A DNA stretch of 63,778 bases, counting the filler, from Octopus bimaculoides (taxonomy: Eukaryota): NCBI RefSeq assembly GCF_001194135.2. It is 7 parts of 7 records of this genome, joined end to end, with 100 filler letters (N's around TTAATTAATTAA, not from the genome) between each part and the next. Parts side by side here need not be neighbours in the genome. Positions count along the whole stretch, not along the records: positions 43,264 to 53,226 come from NC_068988.1; positions 53,327 to 59,123 come from NC_068989.1; positions 59,224 to 60,967 come from NW_026339292.1; 4 more parts are not named here. The stretch is one strand, 5' to 3'. How positions within the stretch are numbered: position 1 is the stretch's first letter; every line of letters begins with the position of its first letter. Position numbers and translations under genes: made by a program. Positions 46,766-59,762 of this stretch are shown piece by piece. The notes under the pieces were generated by a model. It saw only the letters and a list, made by a program, of their open reading frames with translations. It was not told the DNA's origin and ran no database searches.

Positions 46766-47792
46766 NNNNNNNNNNNNNNNNNNNNNNNNNNNNNNNNNNN
46801 NNNNNNNNNNNNNNNNNNNNNNNNNNNNNNNNNNNNNNNNNNNNNNNNNNNNNNNNNNNNNNNNNNNNNNNNNNNNNNNNNNNNNNNNNNNNNNNNNNNN
46901 NNNNNNNNNNNNNNNNNNNNNNNNNNNNNNNNNNNNNNNNNNNNNNNNNNNNNNNNNNNNNNNNNNNNNNNNNNNNNNNNNNNNNNNNNNNNNNNNNNNN
47001 NNNNNNNNNNNNNNNNNNNNNNNNNNNNNNNNNNNNNNNNNNNNNNNNNNNNNNNNNNNNNNNNNNNNNNNNNNNNNNNNNNNNNNNNNNNNNNNNNNNN
47101 NNNNNNNNNNNNNNNNNNNNNNNNNNNNNNNNNNNNNNNNNNNNNNNNNNNNNNNNNNNNNNNNNNNNNNNNNNNNNNNNNNNNNNNNNNNNNNNNNNNN
47201 NNNNNNNNNNNNNNNNNNNNNNNNNNNNNNNNNNNNNNNNNNNNNNNNNNNNNNNNNNNNNNNNNNNNNNNNNNNNNNNNNNNNNNNNNNNNNNNNNNNN
47301 NNNNNNNNNNNNNNNNNNNNNNNNNNNNNNNNNNNNNNNNNNNNNNNNNNNNNNNNNNNNNNNNNNNNNNNNNNNNNNNNNNNNNNNNNNNNNNNNNNNN
47401 NNNNNNNNNNNNNNNNNNNNNNNNNNNNNNNNNNNNNNNNNNNNNNNNNNNNNNNNNNNNNNNNNNNNNNNNNNNNNNNNNNNNNNNNNNNNNNNNNNNN
47501 NNNNNNNNNNNNNNNNNNNNNNNNNNNNNNNNNNNNNNNNNNNNNNNNNNNNNNNNNNNNNNNNNNNNNNNNNNNNNNNNNNNNNNNNNNNNNNNNNNNN
47601 NNNNNNNNNNNNNNNNNNNNNNNNNNNNNNNNNNNNNNNNNNNNNNNNNNNNNNNNNNNNNNNNNNNNNNNNNNNNNNNNNNNNNNNNNNNNNNNNNNNN
47701 NNNNNNNNNNNNNNNNNGCAGGAGAAGAAGAAAAAGAAGAAGGTAAAGGAGGAGGAGAGGAAGAAAAAGAAGGAGGAGGAGGAGGAGGAGGA

Positions 47793-47823
<31 letters not shown>

Positions 47824-47829
47824 AAGAAG

Positions 47830-47860
<31 letters not shown>

Positions 47861-47900
47861 GTTACAACAACACCAACAACAGCAGCCTCAACAACAACAG
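46660..47900 (+). repeat. (AAT)n, gap, then (GGA)n/(GAA)n/(AAC)n microsatellites
   Basis: Direct inspection. Confidence 0.9.
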
Positions 47901-47919
47901 CACAAACAAACCATAATAA

Positions 47920-48160
47920 TAAATGCCTGGATGCATAACCAGGCAGTGGCTCTCACGGCTTGACAGATTAGAAATGATTTCACGTACATGATTTGTGTGT
48001 TTTATCACAGTTACGCTACTGCAAATATTCTACTCAATACCAGAGATTTGCTTGTCACCTGCTTCACCGTAACCATTTCAGCGTGTCCCTTAGTGGCTGA
48101 CGATGTGTGCATCTCTGATCTCAAGCAGAATTAGATGGGGAGCAACATTGCCATTCGTTG
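47920..48160 (+). repeat. Unclassified interspersed repeat (SINE-like)
   Basis: Resembles an abundant octopus repeat as I recall it (..gtcccttagtggctgacgatgtgtgcatctctgatc..); single copy here, unverified. Confidence 0.4.
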
Positions 48161-49218
48161 AAAAGTATTCCATGGGCCTACATAATTCACTCCTACAAAT
48201 ATGGTTGATTCGTTCCTCATCCTTCAATAAACCTTATTCAAAGACTTTTTCGACCCGAAGAAAATTCAACAATAGAAGACTTCTCAATTTCAACGCACAA
48301 TTTCACTGCTAGTTCCCATAGCTCGCGCAACCGTGTGCTGCCATCTTTTGGAGAGCTATAGAAGTAATGCGGGAAGTTTTCGATATCACCCGTATGTATG
48401 TATATATGTATGTATGTATCTATCTATTTTCCTCACTGCTTATCTATCTATCTTTACACACACATACATACACNNNNNNNNNNNNNNNNNNNNNNNNNNN
48501 NNNNNNNNNNNNNNNNNNNNNNNNNNNNNNNNNNNNNNNNNNNNNNNNNNNNNNNNNNNNNNNNNNNNNNNNNNNNNNNNNNNNNNNNNNNNNNNNNNNN
48601 NNNNNNNNNNNNNNNNNNNNNNNNNNNNNNNNNNNNNNNNNNNNNNNNNNNNNNNNNNNNNNNNNNNNNNNNNNNNNNNNNNNNNNNNNNNNNNNNNNNN
48701 NNNNNNNNTATATATATATATATATAAATACTCACACACAGAAGGTGATAGATCAATAGATAGTTGATAGATAGATAAAACAGACGGACAGACAGATAGA
48801 TAGATACATACATAGATAGACTCTTACATGCATACATACATACCTACATACATACATACATACATACATACGTACATACATACATATGTATATAGGGATG
48901 TTTGTATGTATATCCCACTGCATTTCTCTGGGAAAATATCGTCTTCAGAGATCTGAAAGATTGTTGTACAACATCTCTTGTCACCTCGCTCCGACCGTTA
49001 ATTCTCAATTCTTCTGCCTGACTAATATATTTTATTTCCAATTATGATTACAATAAATTTAGACACAAGCGAGCATGATGCGATTGCACTTCGTATACTC
49101 CATTACTTTTCCATGACAATATTAAGAAGCAGCTTAATATTTCCCCCTTAGAATCTGAGGATATCTCATTGGTGTAATCGCTAGAAATCAAATTTGTTGA
49201 ATATATATTTTTCCATAG

Positions 49219-49557
49219 CACAATGGCCCAGTGGTTAGGGCAGCGGACTCGCGGACGTAGGCTCGCGGCTTCAATTCCCAGCGAAAACACACAAAGCCCC
49301 GGCAGGGGATGGTGTCGAACCCTGCTATACTCTTTCACCACAACTTTCTCTCACTCTTACTTCCTGTTTCTGTTGTGCCTGTAATTCAAATGGTCAGCTT
49401 TGTCACACTGTGTGACGCTGAATATCCCTCAGAACTACGTTTAGGGTACACGTGTCTATGGAGTGCTCAGCCACTTGCACGTTAATTTCACGAGCAGGCT
49501 GTTCCGTTGACCGGATCAACTGGAACCCTCGACGTCGTAAGCGACGGTGTGCCAACA
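49219..49557 (+). mobile_element. SINE family A with a small internal deletion
   Basis: caatggcccagtggttagggcagcggactcgc head through the gtgccaaca tail. Confidence 0.9.
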
Positions 49558-51226
49558 ATTTTTATCGAAGAATTTGCTTTTAACAAATATGTATTATAAT
49601 ATATGAACAAATAATGCCAGTCAACTCACACTTTGACTGGCAATGAAATGCTCCAGTTATTCAATATCCAGTGTTTTTCTTACCTATGGGTATTTCATCC
49701 AATTTGTCTTCTTATTTTTAAGATGACAGGACGTAATAATTGGCTGATGTTTCTCATAGCTCAATCCACCTCGCAAATGATCACTCGATGACACCTTGCG
49801 AGTCACTAAAACCTTTTAGTTTACAACAATGTTCATTTCTCTGTCAGGAATTTGCAGTAAATTTATCAGTGCTTCCCATTAATTTGGTAGCTCCACATTC
49901 TGCTCCTTTCACTCTGTCAACTTGTTAAAGACTAATCCACACACTTCAACGCTTTAATTTTCAGAAAATTTCGAGTTGCATTCCCTGGTTTTCCAAAATA
50001 GAAATACTACAATTGCTTTCATAAAAGACTCGATCTTAATTAAAATCTGTTTTTTTTTTGTTTTTTTTAATAACGGATAAACTAAGATTGTTCAGTAATG
50101 AGGGAATGGGCTACATATAAGTAGTCACACACACAGACACATATACACACAAATATACACCCACACACAAAATCAAATGAAAGCCTTAGTACTACGTGTG
50201 CTTCATTATCTTTTACGTTTCATTTGTGATACAATTGTTCACAGAGAGACTTGTACAACAGCCATGCAAAATCTGGCCATCGAATTACCAGCTTCATCCA
50301 TTACCAAAATTTGCTTGGTACTACACGAAACCGCCTCTAATTGTTTGACAGTATAGCTATATACCTCGTAGTAGGTGACGTAAAATGTTTATATTCTATA
50401 TAAGTATACCGAACATTATGATTAAACGAAGGTTTTTAGTACCTGCAAATATTCTTTCAAAATCTAGTAAGATGTTTTCTATATATACAAAGAATTAAAT
50501 CTAAATACACCAGCAAAAAAATTATTTACTATTGTTAAACTATATCTTTTTAATAGTCATTACAACACTTTATACTTGTACTCTCACTGAAAATCTATTC
50601 TTTAATTTCTCTGTTCTTAATCGAGATTTCTTGAGGAATGAGTTTTTGTCACATCATTCATGAATTTCAATTGAAATGATCGTAAGAAGTATATTCATAT
50701 TTTTGTGAGACCTACTGTGATGAATGATGGGTAATGTATATATCTGATCAGGATGCCAAACTGATATAAAATTAAAATTCATTCATCAAGGATAGTATTA
50801 ACAAATAAATTTCAGGGTCATTACATTGCATTGCGATCATTAAAGATAGAACTAATCGTGTTCGATTTGTTCCAACGTAGCAAGCCAGTTTTATAAAAAT
50901 TGTGGCATCATTCCGACATACGAAATTAAGTATTTAACATTAAGAAAGGTATAAATACGTTACATGAGGTATGCGCTTTAATAACGCAGTGATAGACATT
51001 CGCAAATCATTTTCCCAATAAAACATGCATTCGAATAGTAGCCTGCATTTATTAATTCCGTAGCAATGCTTTCTACTTAGACATTCCGTCTGCAACGTTT
51101 TGCCATCCACACCTTGTTCAGACTATTTTATTATCGTCCAAAATATAAAGCCTTCTTCGCAGTATTCCAGGAATGACTTGTACTTCAATAGTTCGTATAT
51201 CTTCATTGGTAATATTATAAACATAC

Positions 51227-51357
51227 CGTAATTTGTAAAAGTACTGGAACCAGCAATGTTCATTAAGCATTTTGCATGTTTTATGAGAACAGTCATCCGA
51301 ATTCTGAATAAACTCTGTCTTAGAGTATTTTATATAGGCAGATACATTGGCAATGTC
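51227..51357 (-). CDS. Candidate internal exon (DIANVSAYIKYSKTEFIQNSDDCSHKTCKMLNEHCWFQYFYKL)
   Basis: tttcaatgtccAG acceptor, 131-nt stop-free frame, GTATGT donor; no homolog recognised. Confidence 0.35.
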
Positions 51358-51484
51358 CTGGACATTGAAATAAGCTTATAAAACAATTATTGTTTGTGCG
51401 AAATAATTCAGAGAGTAAATATCAGTAAGTTATTCATACTGTGTTTCTTTTACTTCTTAGCCTGCATGACACTGCGACCGCCAA

Positions 51485-51522
<38 letters not shown>

Positions 51523-52684
51523 AGCGTTCATATTTTGATCCTAATCCCTGATTTGAAGAGATATTGCATTTTTCAGCATATCTATCTTACGATACGACAT
51601 GATAAATGTAATATCACCGTTTATTCGGTTAATTATGTATTTGAAACCAATAAGCTGTTCCCAGGTGTGACTTCACACTGTCAGGCAGTCATCTAAGAAA
51701 TGTTTCTTGTTTTCTTGCAAAATAAAATGGACGTGCATGTCGTACTTTAATTTAGTTGTGGCATATATCTCTATCTCCATGCAGACCATAACTAAAATGG
51801 AATAACTTGGAGTAACGTTTGTCCCGTCGCGGTCCTAAATATTCGTTTTTAAGTATTGCTATTAAAGTTTTTAAAATGTTGTTTTTAATAATTCTCTATT
51901 TTTTTATAAGATTTTTTGTAAGATTTCATTAGGGTATTTTTGCAACCAGAAACCTATCGTCTCTAATTCATATTGGAGTTGGATCGTGGTACACATGTAT
52001 ACTATATCAATTTAGCACATCTATCAGTCCCTTAGAATACTTGTTATATATTTGAAAATAGATATCGATATTTTATCGTTATTTGATTAGTCTCTGTCTT
52101 TCACAGTTCGAACATACTTCCATTGGCCTTAATTTAAGTTTGTGGAGACGTGTGTTTATAGAAATTGAAGTTGATTCTTCATAAACATTCTATATGTTTT
52201 TAGATTATAGGTAGAGCGACGTAAGTGTATGTTTTTAAACACTTTTATAAAACTTATTTGATACAGTCTCAATAATTTGAAAATAATTTTTTTTTATAGT
52301 TACTGAATATTTACAAAGAATTTCTTTTCTTTTGCAGGATGCCACTTACATTTGTAGTCGAAATCCTGTATATAGAGTTTATATTATGTCTTGCGTGTAC
52401 TTTGTGTGCTTAAGCGCTGTGGTTGTTTTTTACTTTTCAAACACGTTCTCTAGGTTAATGCATAAATATCAAGTTTTTTTTCTTGTTGTAATGGTGTTTA
52501 CTATTTCGGATTTAAGATTGGATTTAGTATTTAGTATACTCCTTTTGTCCTCCTTAGATGTTCATTTCAGTCATTTGCAAAATAAGAATATGTAAAACTG
52601 CTGACTATTTCAAATGTTGTCTTTTTCCGGTTTTGAGTCGAATTTAGAAATTTTATATAGTAGGTTTTTGTCTGTTGCAAGGAT

Positions 52685-52890
52685 TATGACAGCACTCGCC
52701 AACTTAAACAATGTGACCATCCAGAAGAGTTGCAGGAGATTCTCAAGATGTCTTGCGGCCGTGGCGGAAGCCAATGGCGATTTTATTGAATAAATTTACT
52801 TTTTAGCATTTGAAGATATTTTTATGTAAATTTAGTAAATATACCTGTTAAAATAAAATGTCAGTGTCATTTTCATTTTTGCGTAAATTA
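52685..52890 (+). mobile_element. Tc1/mariner transposase C-terminal relic
   Basis: ANLNNVTIQKSCRRFSRCLAAVAEANGDFIE*, typical of Tc1/mariner C-termini. Confidence 0.75.
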
Positions 52891-53097
52891 AAAGACAGTT
52901 CTTTCTACTCTTTTATTCTTTCCTTCTTTCTATCAGCCCTTTCATACTTACTTCGTTCATTCCACTCCTCGGTCTTTCGTTCCCCCTCTCTCACATTTCC
53001 TGACGTTCTCTTCATGGACACTTTCCCTCCTCTTTCACTTCACTCTGTCCCTTCCATGATTTCTCGCCTCTTCTTAAATCTTCTATCTCTCTGCCTC

Positions 53098-53142
<45 letters not shown>

Positions 53143-53226
53143 CCCACATGACCGTCCATGCAATATCTATATTACTTCCTGTGCTCCTCAAATTATATGT
53201 TCATGCTGTAAGGCTTTACTTCCACG

Positions 53227-53326
53227 NNNNNNNNNNNNNNNNNNNNNNNNNNNNNNNNNNNNNNNNNNNNTTAATTAATTAANNNNNNNNNNNNNNNNNN
53301 NNNNNNNNNNNNNNNNNNNNNNNNNN
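53227..53326. other. Artificial scaffold linker
   Basis: Same block. Confidence 0.95.
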
Positions 53327-53347
53327 ATATATGTATATATATATAAT

Positions 53348-53402
<55 letters not shown>

Positions 53403-53404
53403 AT

Positions 53405-53448
<44 letters not shown>

Positions 53449-53915
53449 CTAATCCACTAAAAAGGCTTTGGTGAGCCTAGGGTTGTAATAGAAGACACTT
53501 GTGTGACATGCCATATAGTGGGATTGAACCTGAACCAATATACTTGTGAAGCAAACTTCTCAACTGCACAGCTACTCCTCCTGCACCTCTCACAACCGCA
53601 TCTGCATCTATTGTATTGTAAATGTATCTTTTCAACTTACCAAAATTCTTTACAAGATATCAGGGTGTAATTTGAGAGGGAGTTAACTGCTCTTTCTAGC
53701 AGGTTGAGTGACCATGTGGAGGTATTCTTCTTGTGAGTCTCATTTCTGTTCTTCTTCTTCTAGTTAAAGCACTTTTATTTCTTTCTTCTGATGCCAAGTG
53801 TGGCTAATAATGCATTTCTTTGATAGCACTGGTTGCACTTTCTTCCTATATCATATAATATTCTAATCATCATCATCATCATCATCTTTCATCATCATCA
53901 TCATCATCATCATCT

Positions 53916-53946
<31 letters not shown>

Positions 53947-54714
53947 GCAGCAGCATGTTCATCTTCTGCCTTTTCTATTTTTACAATTTTTTTTTTTTTT
54001 TTATTTAAAATAAATTTTTTTAAGCGTATCAGGAATTCACTGAAAAGGAAAAATATTCTTTTGTAAGTTTCTAAGAAAAAGCACAATGCGATGACAGATT
54101 TACTTCTTTCATCTATAACCCAAACCAAAACCACCTCCATTTTCTGTGACTGATGTCTAGTGTGTGTAAAGCTTTGCTTTTTTCTTTTTTTTTTTTAATT
54201 TTAATTTTTATTTTTTTGCTATTGTGATTACTATATGTGTGCAAAACTGAAAACGAATTTTCATGACAGGTCTGAATATTTGACAAACTACAAAACTGCA
54301 AAACTTCTGCTTAAGCTGACTAATAATAATAATGACAACAACAATGGTACCATACATTATTGTTTTGTCTGAATGCAAGTATAAAACCCAAAACAGAGAA
54401 ATAAAGCAATTTTAAACCAAAAAAAAAAATCTTTAACAAGAATCTAAAAAAAAGCTTTAAAAAATTAGAAAACTTTTTCCTAGAATGACAGTTTTGAGAT
54501 TTAATTAAACAAAGTTATTGCTGGTTTTCATTTCATAAGTTTATTTTCTGTCATACACACACACACACACACATGCATGCACGCACGTATGCACGTGCAT
54601 GCGCACACACACACACATATACACATATATACGTATGTGCATGTGGGTGTATATACATATTTACATATATGCAAATATACATGTGTATGTGTTTCCATTT
54701 TATAGAAATGTTCA

Positions 54715-54761
<47 letters not shown>

Positions 54762-55139
54762 TATTACTATTATTATTATTATTATATTGTAGCTTTGAGC
54801 TGCTGACACAATTTTGCCTTCATATTCTATTGTTAAATGAATATGTTCATTCATTCTGAAAATAGACAATGCTAAGCTGAACACATCATGAGTTCCACAT
54901 GAAACTCTAATATTTCAGATAAAAACTATCTTCTGTCTAAAATTGCCATTGTTGATGGTTTTGTTTTTCTATGTGTTTAATTTATTTTGTTTATTAATTT
55001 CCCCTCTTTAATCAATGCCTAACTCCCACATGTGTTCATGTAAAGAAGCTTAGGAAAAAAGAAAACCATCATTATTATAAAGGGTTCTGACAGGGTTTCT
55101 AATTAGATCTATTGTGTGTCTAGGGATGTTTATAGTCTT

Positions 55140-55780
55140 TTATTCTTTTACTTGTTTCACTCATTTGACTGCGGCCATGCTGGAGCATTGCCTTGAAGGG
55201 TTTTAGTCAAGCAAATTGACCCCCCCCCCAGGACTTATTTTTTAAGCCTAGTACTTATGCTATTGGTCTCTTTTGCCAATCTGCTAAGTCATGGTGACGT
55301 AAACACACTGACACTGGTTGACAAGTGGTGAGGGGAGGGGATAAACACAGACCCAATGACACACACACACATATAAACAGGGCTTCTTTTAGTTTCTTAT
55401 TTCTTTACTGTCCCCAGGGGGCTAAACACAGAGGGGACAAACAAGGACAGACAAAGGGATTAAGTCGATTACACCGACCCCAGTACGTAACTGGTACTTA
55501 ATTTATCTACCCCGAAAGGATGAAAGGTAAAGTCGACCTCGGTGGAATTTGAACTCAGAACATAAAGACAGAAGAAATACTGCTCAGTATTTCACCCGGC
55601 GTGCTAAACTTTCTGCCAGCTCGATGCCGCCTTTCAGTTTCTGTCTACCAAATCTTCTGGCAAAGCTTTGGTTGGCTTCAGGCTATAGTAGAAGACATTC
55701 GCCCAAGGTGCCATGCAGTGGGACTGAACCTAAAACCATGTGGTTGGGATGCAAGCTTCTTACCACACAGCCATGCATAT
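55140..55780 (-). mobile_element. SINE family C with a family B SINE (about 55398-55630) nested inside
   Basis: C head 55780-55633, B copy, then C microsatellite and tail; ctttcagtttct / cttttagtttct 12-bp duplication at the junctions. Confidence 0.8.
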
Positions 55781-56706
55781 GTTTGTGTGTATATGTGTGT
55801 GCATACATACATGTATATTATGTGTTACACATACATATTTATTTTTTAATTGGTAGAAAATTGCAAAAGTGTTTCAAGGGCTCTGAATTTTCTCTATGAC
55901 TCTCACCATAGTTTGGCAATTAGCATGAGTCCTTGGCAAAAAGTCCTTGAGTCACGAGTATATCTACCTATGTACTGAGTTTTGTTTCTTGTGTTTGTTC
56001 TACCAAACCTCTGTGTGTGTGTGTGTGTGTGCGTGCATTGTATCTTGGGAGTGTCAAAATCTCTCTCCCTCAGGATGGAATATCTCTGAGAATCAAGAAT
56101 TTCAATGAAGCATTAAGGGACAGGAATTATAACCTAGTTAAAAAACAATCCAAGATAAAACTAGCCAAACTCTAAACCCGAGAACAAACGCAAATATTGC
56201 AGAAACTTAATAATGGCAAACTTTAATGATAATTTTTTGGGGATCCAGTCCCAGAATTTGTGATCCTGGGTGGTATAAATCGATGGGAGAAACTGAAGAT
56301 AATTTGTCTCTTACAGAAACCTTTCAATGTAACTAATTCTATTTTGTTTTGTCTGGGGAGAGTCACAGTTCCTTACTATCACACACACACACCAGTTCAA
56401 TTTCTACTCATTTATTTATTTAATTATTCTTGCAAGCTTTTTTTACGGTTGCAAATGCAGTGGTAAAAAAGCTCTTCCCAGACACAACAAAATTTGTTTC
56501 TACTCACATAAAGAATCTTGTAAGCCAGATACAATAACTAATTCTAGGTTTTTCAAAATCCCCAAGACATGCCAATGAAAAAAAAAAAGAAAAAAAAGAA
56601 TGATACCTGTTAGAAGTCATAAACAGATATCAGACTATTCAACAAAAGCAGGAACTTCCTCTAAGATTTTAATAAATATACTAAACCAACGACACCGGAA
56701 TTTCAA

Positions 56707-56811
56707 TCATGGAAGTTTCGGAAACCTACAATTTGATGGCATTGCTTTGTTGGGATGTTCAACATGAAACTGTGTCCGAACTGTAACTTGAGGTTTTTCT
56801 GGAACTGAAAC
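56707..56811 (-). CDS. Candidate exon (one reading: VSVPEKPQVTVRTQFHVEHPNKAMPSNCRFPKLP*)
   Basis: Strong tttcttcttcgcAG acceptor and CpG-retaining unique sequence; reading frame ambiguous. Confidence 0.25.
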   Translation of the reverse strand, partial: VSVPEKPQVTVRTQFHVEHPNKAMPSNCRFPKLP

Positions 56812-57229
56812 CTGCGAAGAAGAAATTCACTTATTTAATATTGGATTATCTTGGAGAATTAGCAACCAGATCTCTGTCAATGTTTAATGTTTACCATATT
56901 TAAGTGACATAATGTCTGACACATTATCCCTAACAAAAAAATGGGGTGGTCACGGCTGGATTGCCTGTGACCATAGTCTTTATCAATGAAAGCTGTGACA
57001 AATGAACATTTTGCTCAGTTTCCCTTTGTCTCAATCTGAAAGAGAAAACATTTGTCATTTTACAAACTTCGTAAATGTTTTGTTTTTTGTTTTTATTTAT
57101 TTGTTTGTGGTTCATTTTTTTTTTTTCATAAACGTGTCACAGGAATGGAAGAGAAGAAAAACTTTAAGATATCAATGAATTTGTATTTGATTGCCATTTT
57201 GGAATTCATTGCACATGTGTATGTATATG

Positions 57230-57440
57230 TGTGTGTGAGTGCGTGCATGTGTCTTTGAGTGCATGTACATGTGAGTATGCATACACATACACACATATCT
57301 GTGCGTGTGCATGCACACTCACATATGTATCTGTGGGGAGAGATTCAGCAGGAAAATAATTTACTTTTAGGCTTCATATTCTATTTTCTGCTCTCCCTTT
57401 CTCTCTTTCTGTCTCCCTCTGTCTCTTTTTCTCTCTCTCT

Positions 57441-57515
<75 letters not shown>

Positions 57516-57688
57516 TTACACCCACATATAAATGTATATATACACACATTTGTAAGTGAGTGTATATATGTGCATATGTATACATATGTATGTGTGTGTA
57601 TGTATATATGTATGTAAATATATGTGTGTATGTGTATCTAGATATATGTGTGTATCGTGTATCTAGATACATATCTACAAGTGTACGT

Positions 57689-57720
<32 letters not shown>
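57230..57720. repeat. Compound (TG)/(CT)/(CA)/(TA) microsatellites
   Basis: Direct inspection. Confidence 0.9.
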
Positions 57721-57723
<3 letters not shown>

Positions 57724-58209
57724 TTCTTTGTGCTTTATCCTTGAATTAGAATTTAGTATAGCAAATTACTTTTTTACTTTTATTAATTTTTTTTTTTTTC
57801 CATGCGAAATCTGTTTTGCTTTTGCACAATTCTTATTTTCTTCTCTTCGAAACATTCAATTTTCATTATAGTAATGCACATTTTATGTTGCAGTATTGCT
57901 CTTTTGTTGTTATTATTATTATTATTATTATTATTTTTATTTACCAGTACTGTGCCTAACACCTGATCTACTTTTATTTACCATCCTTTTTACATATTAC
58001 TTCTTTTATTTTTTTATTTCCTTTCTTTTATTTTTCGAAACAATTTTGAACATGCACAACCCCCCCCCTCTATTTTTTTTCCCTCTCTCTATCTCATGTT
58101 TTGACACACTGTATTGTTTATCATTTAATATATTCTGCTTTGTTTAAACGCACCATCCTATCCCTGCCCTCCATACATTTATCTTCAAATTCCATATTGT
58201 GTAACCTGC

Positions 58210-58440
58210 AATCATCATCATCATCTGCAGTCCCTAATTCTTGGAGTAAAGATTGCTTATCCAACAATTCTTTTCCATTCATTCTATCTTCTGCTAGTCT
58301 CATTAATCATTATATTTTCAATCCTCTTTTCTCTCCGATGTACCAATTTTCAAATTGGTCTCTTCCTCTTCATTGTCTTTCTCCAGCTTATCTATCAACT
58401 TTTTGCAATTTTTTCTAAACCCTCTGCCTTTTTGAAATAC
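58210..58440 (-). mobile_element. RTE-like LINE 3' end, decayed
   Basis: ..RGRDQ..MRLAEDR-MEWKRIV.. (frameshifted) ending in (GAT)n. Confidence 0.5.
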
Positions 58441-58944
58441 CTCTAAATCTATTAGTTGCCTGTTTAGTTCAAAGAAGAAGGAATGAGTATCCATGCTTTA
58501 GAATTGGTATATCTGTGTGCATCATAAGAGGCAACTAAAAAGGTTGGTACCAGGAAGAGTATCCTGCTCCACCCATTGCCTCAGAAAGTCCAGTTCAACT
58601 CATGCCAGCATGGAAAAGCAAATCTAGGAGTAATGATGTTGATGATGCTAAACTTCTAGTTTGGAACATTGAAATCGGTAGCAGAAATTGCAATTTAGCT
58701 AACAAATTAATAAATTTTGTCAATGCAAGCTTTTTCAATTTGTTTTAATGGGATTCTGGTTAAAATGCCAAATTAAAGAGAGAAGCTGTGGTTACCAATT
58801 TGAAGTATGATTTTGATTCTCTTTAGAATCTTCCTGAAACATGCCATTGATGTCTTCAGTTACCTTTGGTTCTTCTTCTAAGTTTATTGCATGGCCTAGT
58901 GTGTTAGAGTGTTGAGCTAATGATTGTTAGATCATCATCATCAT

Positions 58945-59123
58945 CATCATCATCATCGTTTAACGTCCGCTTTCCATGCTAGCATGGGTTGGACGATTTG
59001 ACTGAGGACTGGTGAAACCGGATGGCAACACCAGGCTCCAGTCTGATTTGGCAGAGTTTCTACAGCTGGATGCCCTTCCTAACGCCAACCACTCAGAGAG
59101 TGTAGTGGGTGCTTTTACGTGTC
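58945..59123 (-). mobile_element. Young RTE-type 3' tail ending in (GAT)n
   Basis: Near-identical to 34055-34190; cut by the linker. Confidence 0.8.
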
Positions 59124-59223
59124 NNNNNNNNNNNNNNNNNNNNNNNNNNNNNNNNNNNNNNNNNNNNTTAATTAATTAANNNNNNNNNNNNNNNNNNNNN
59201 NNNNNNNNNNNNNNNNNNNNNNN
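59124..59223. other. Artificial scaffold linker
   Basis: Same block. Confidence 0.95.
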
Positions 59224-59254
<31 letters not shown>

Positions 59255-59397
59255 GATAGATAGATAGATAGATGGATAGGCATACATACATACATGTTTG
59301 CGTGAGTGTGTCTATATATATATGGTTGCATGTATATATATGTGTGTATGCATATGTATTTATAAACGCGCCTTTGTATGTGTGTGTGTACGTACAG

Positions 59398-59431
<34 letters not shown>

Positions 59432-59705
59432 GTATCTATATATATACGTGTATGTATGTATGCATATATTTAAGTATGTATGTATGAATGTATGCATGTA
59501 TATATGTAAGTGTATGTATGTTTGTGTGTGTGTAAAACGAAGCGAAAGCGGTGCTCTGAGCGTCCATTTGTAATCTGACCACGTAAGCATATAATTGCTG
59601 TTTACGACCCTTCATCGAGTCTCTTCACTCCACACAGCTGGAATATATCAAACAAAGCCGATGAATGCTTGACTACTACGTGTCTGTGTGCGGTGAGGGA
59701 GTGGG

Positions 59706-59723
59706 GTGAGCGTTTGTAAGTGT

Positions 59724-59762
<39 letters not shown>

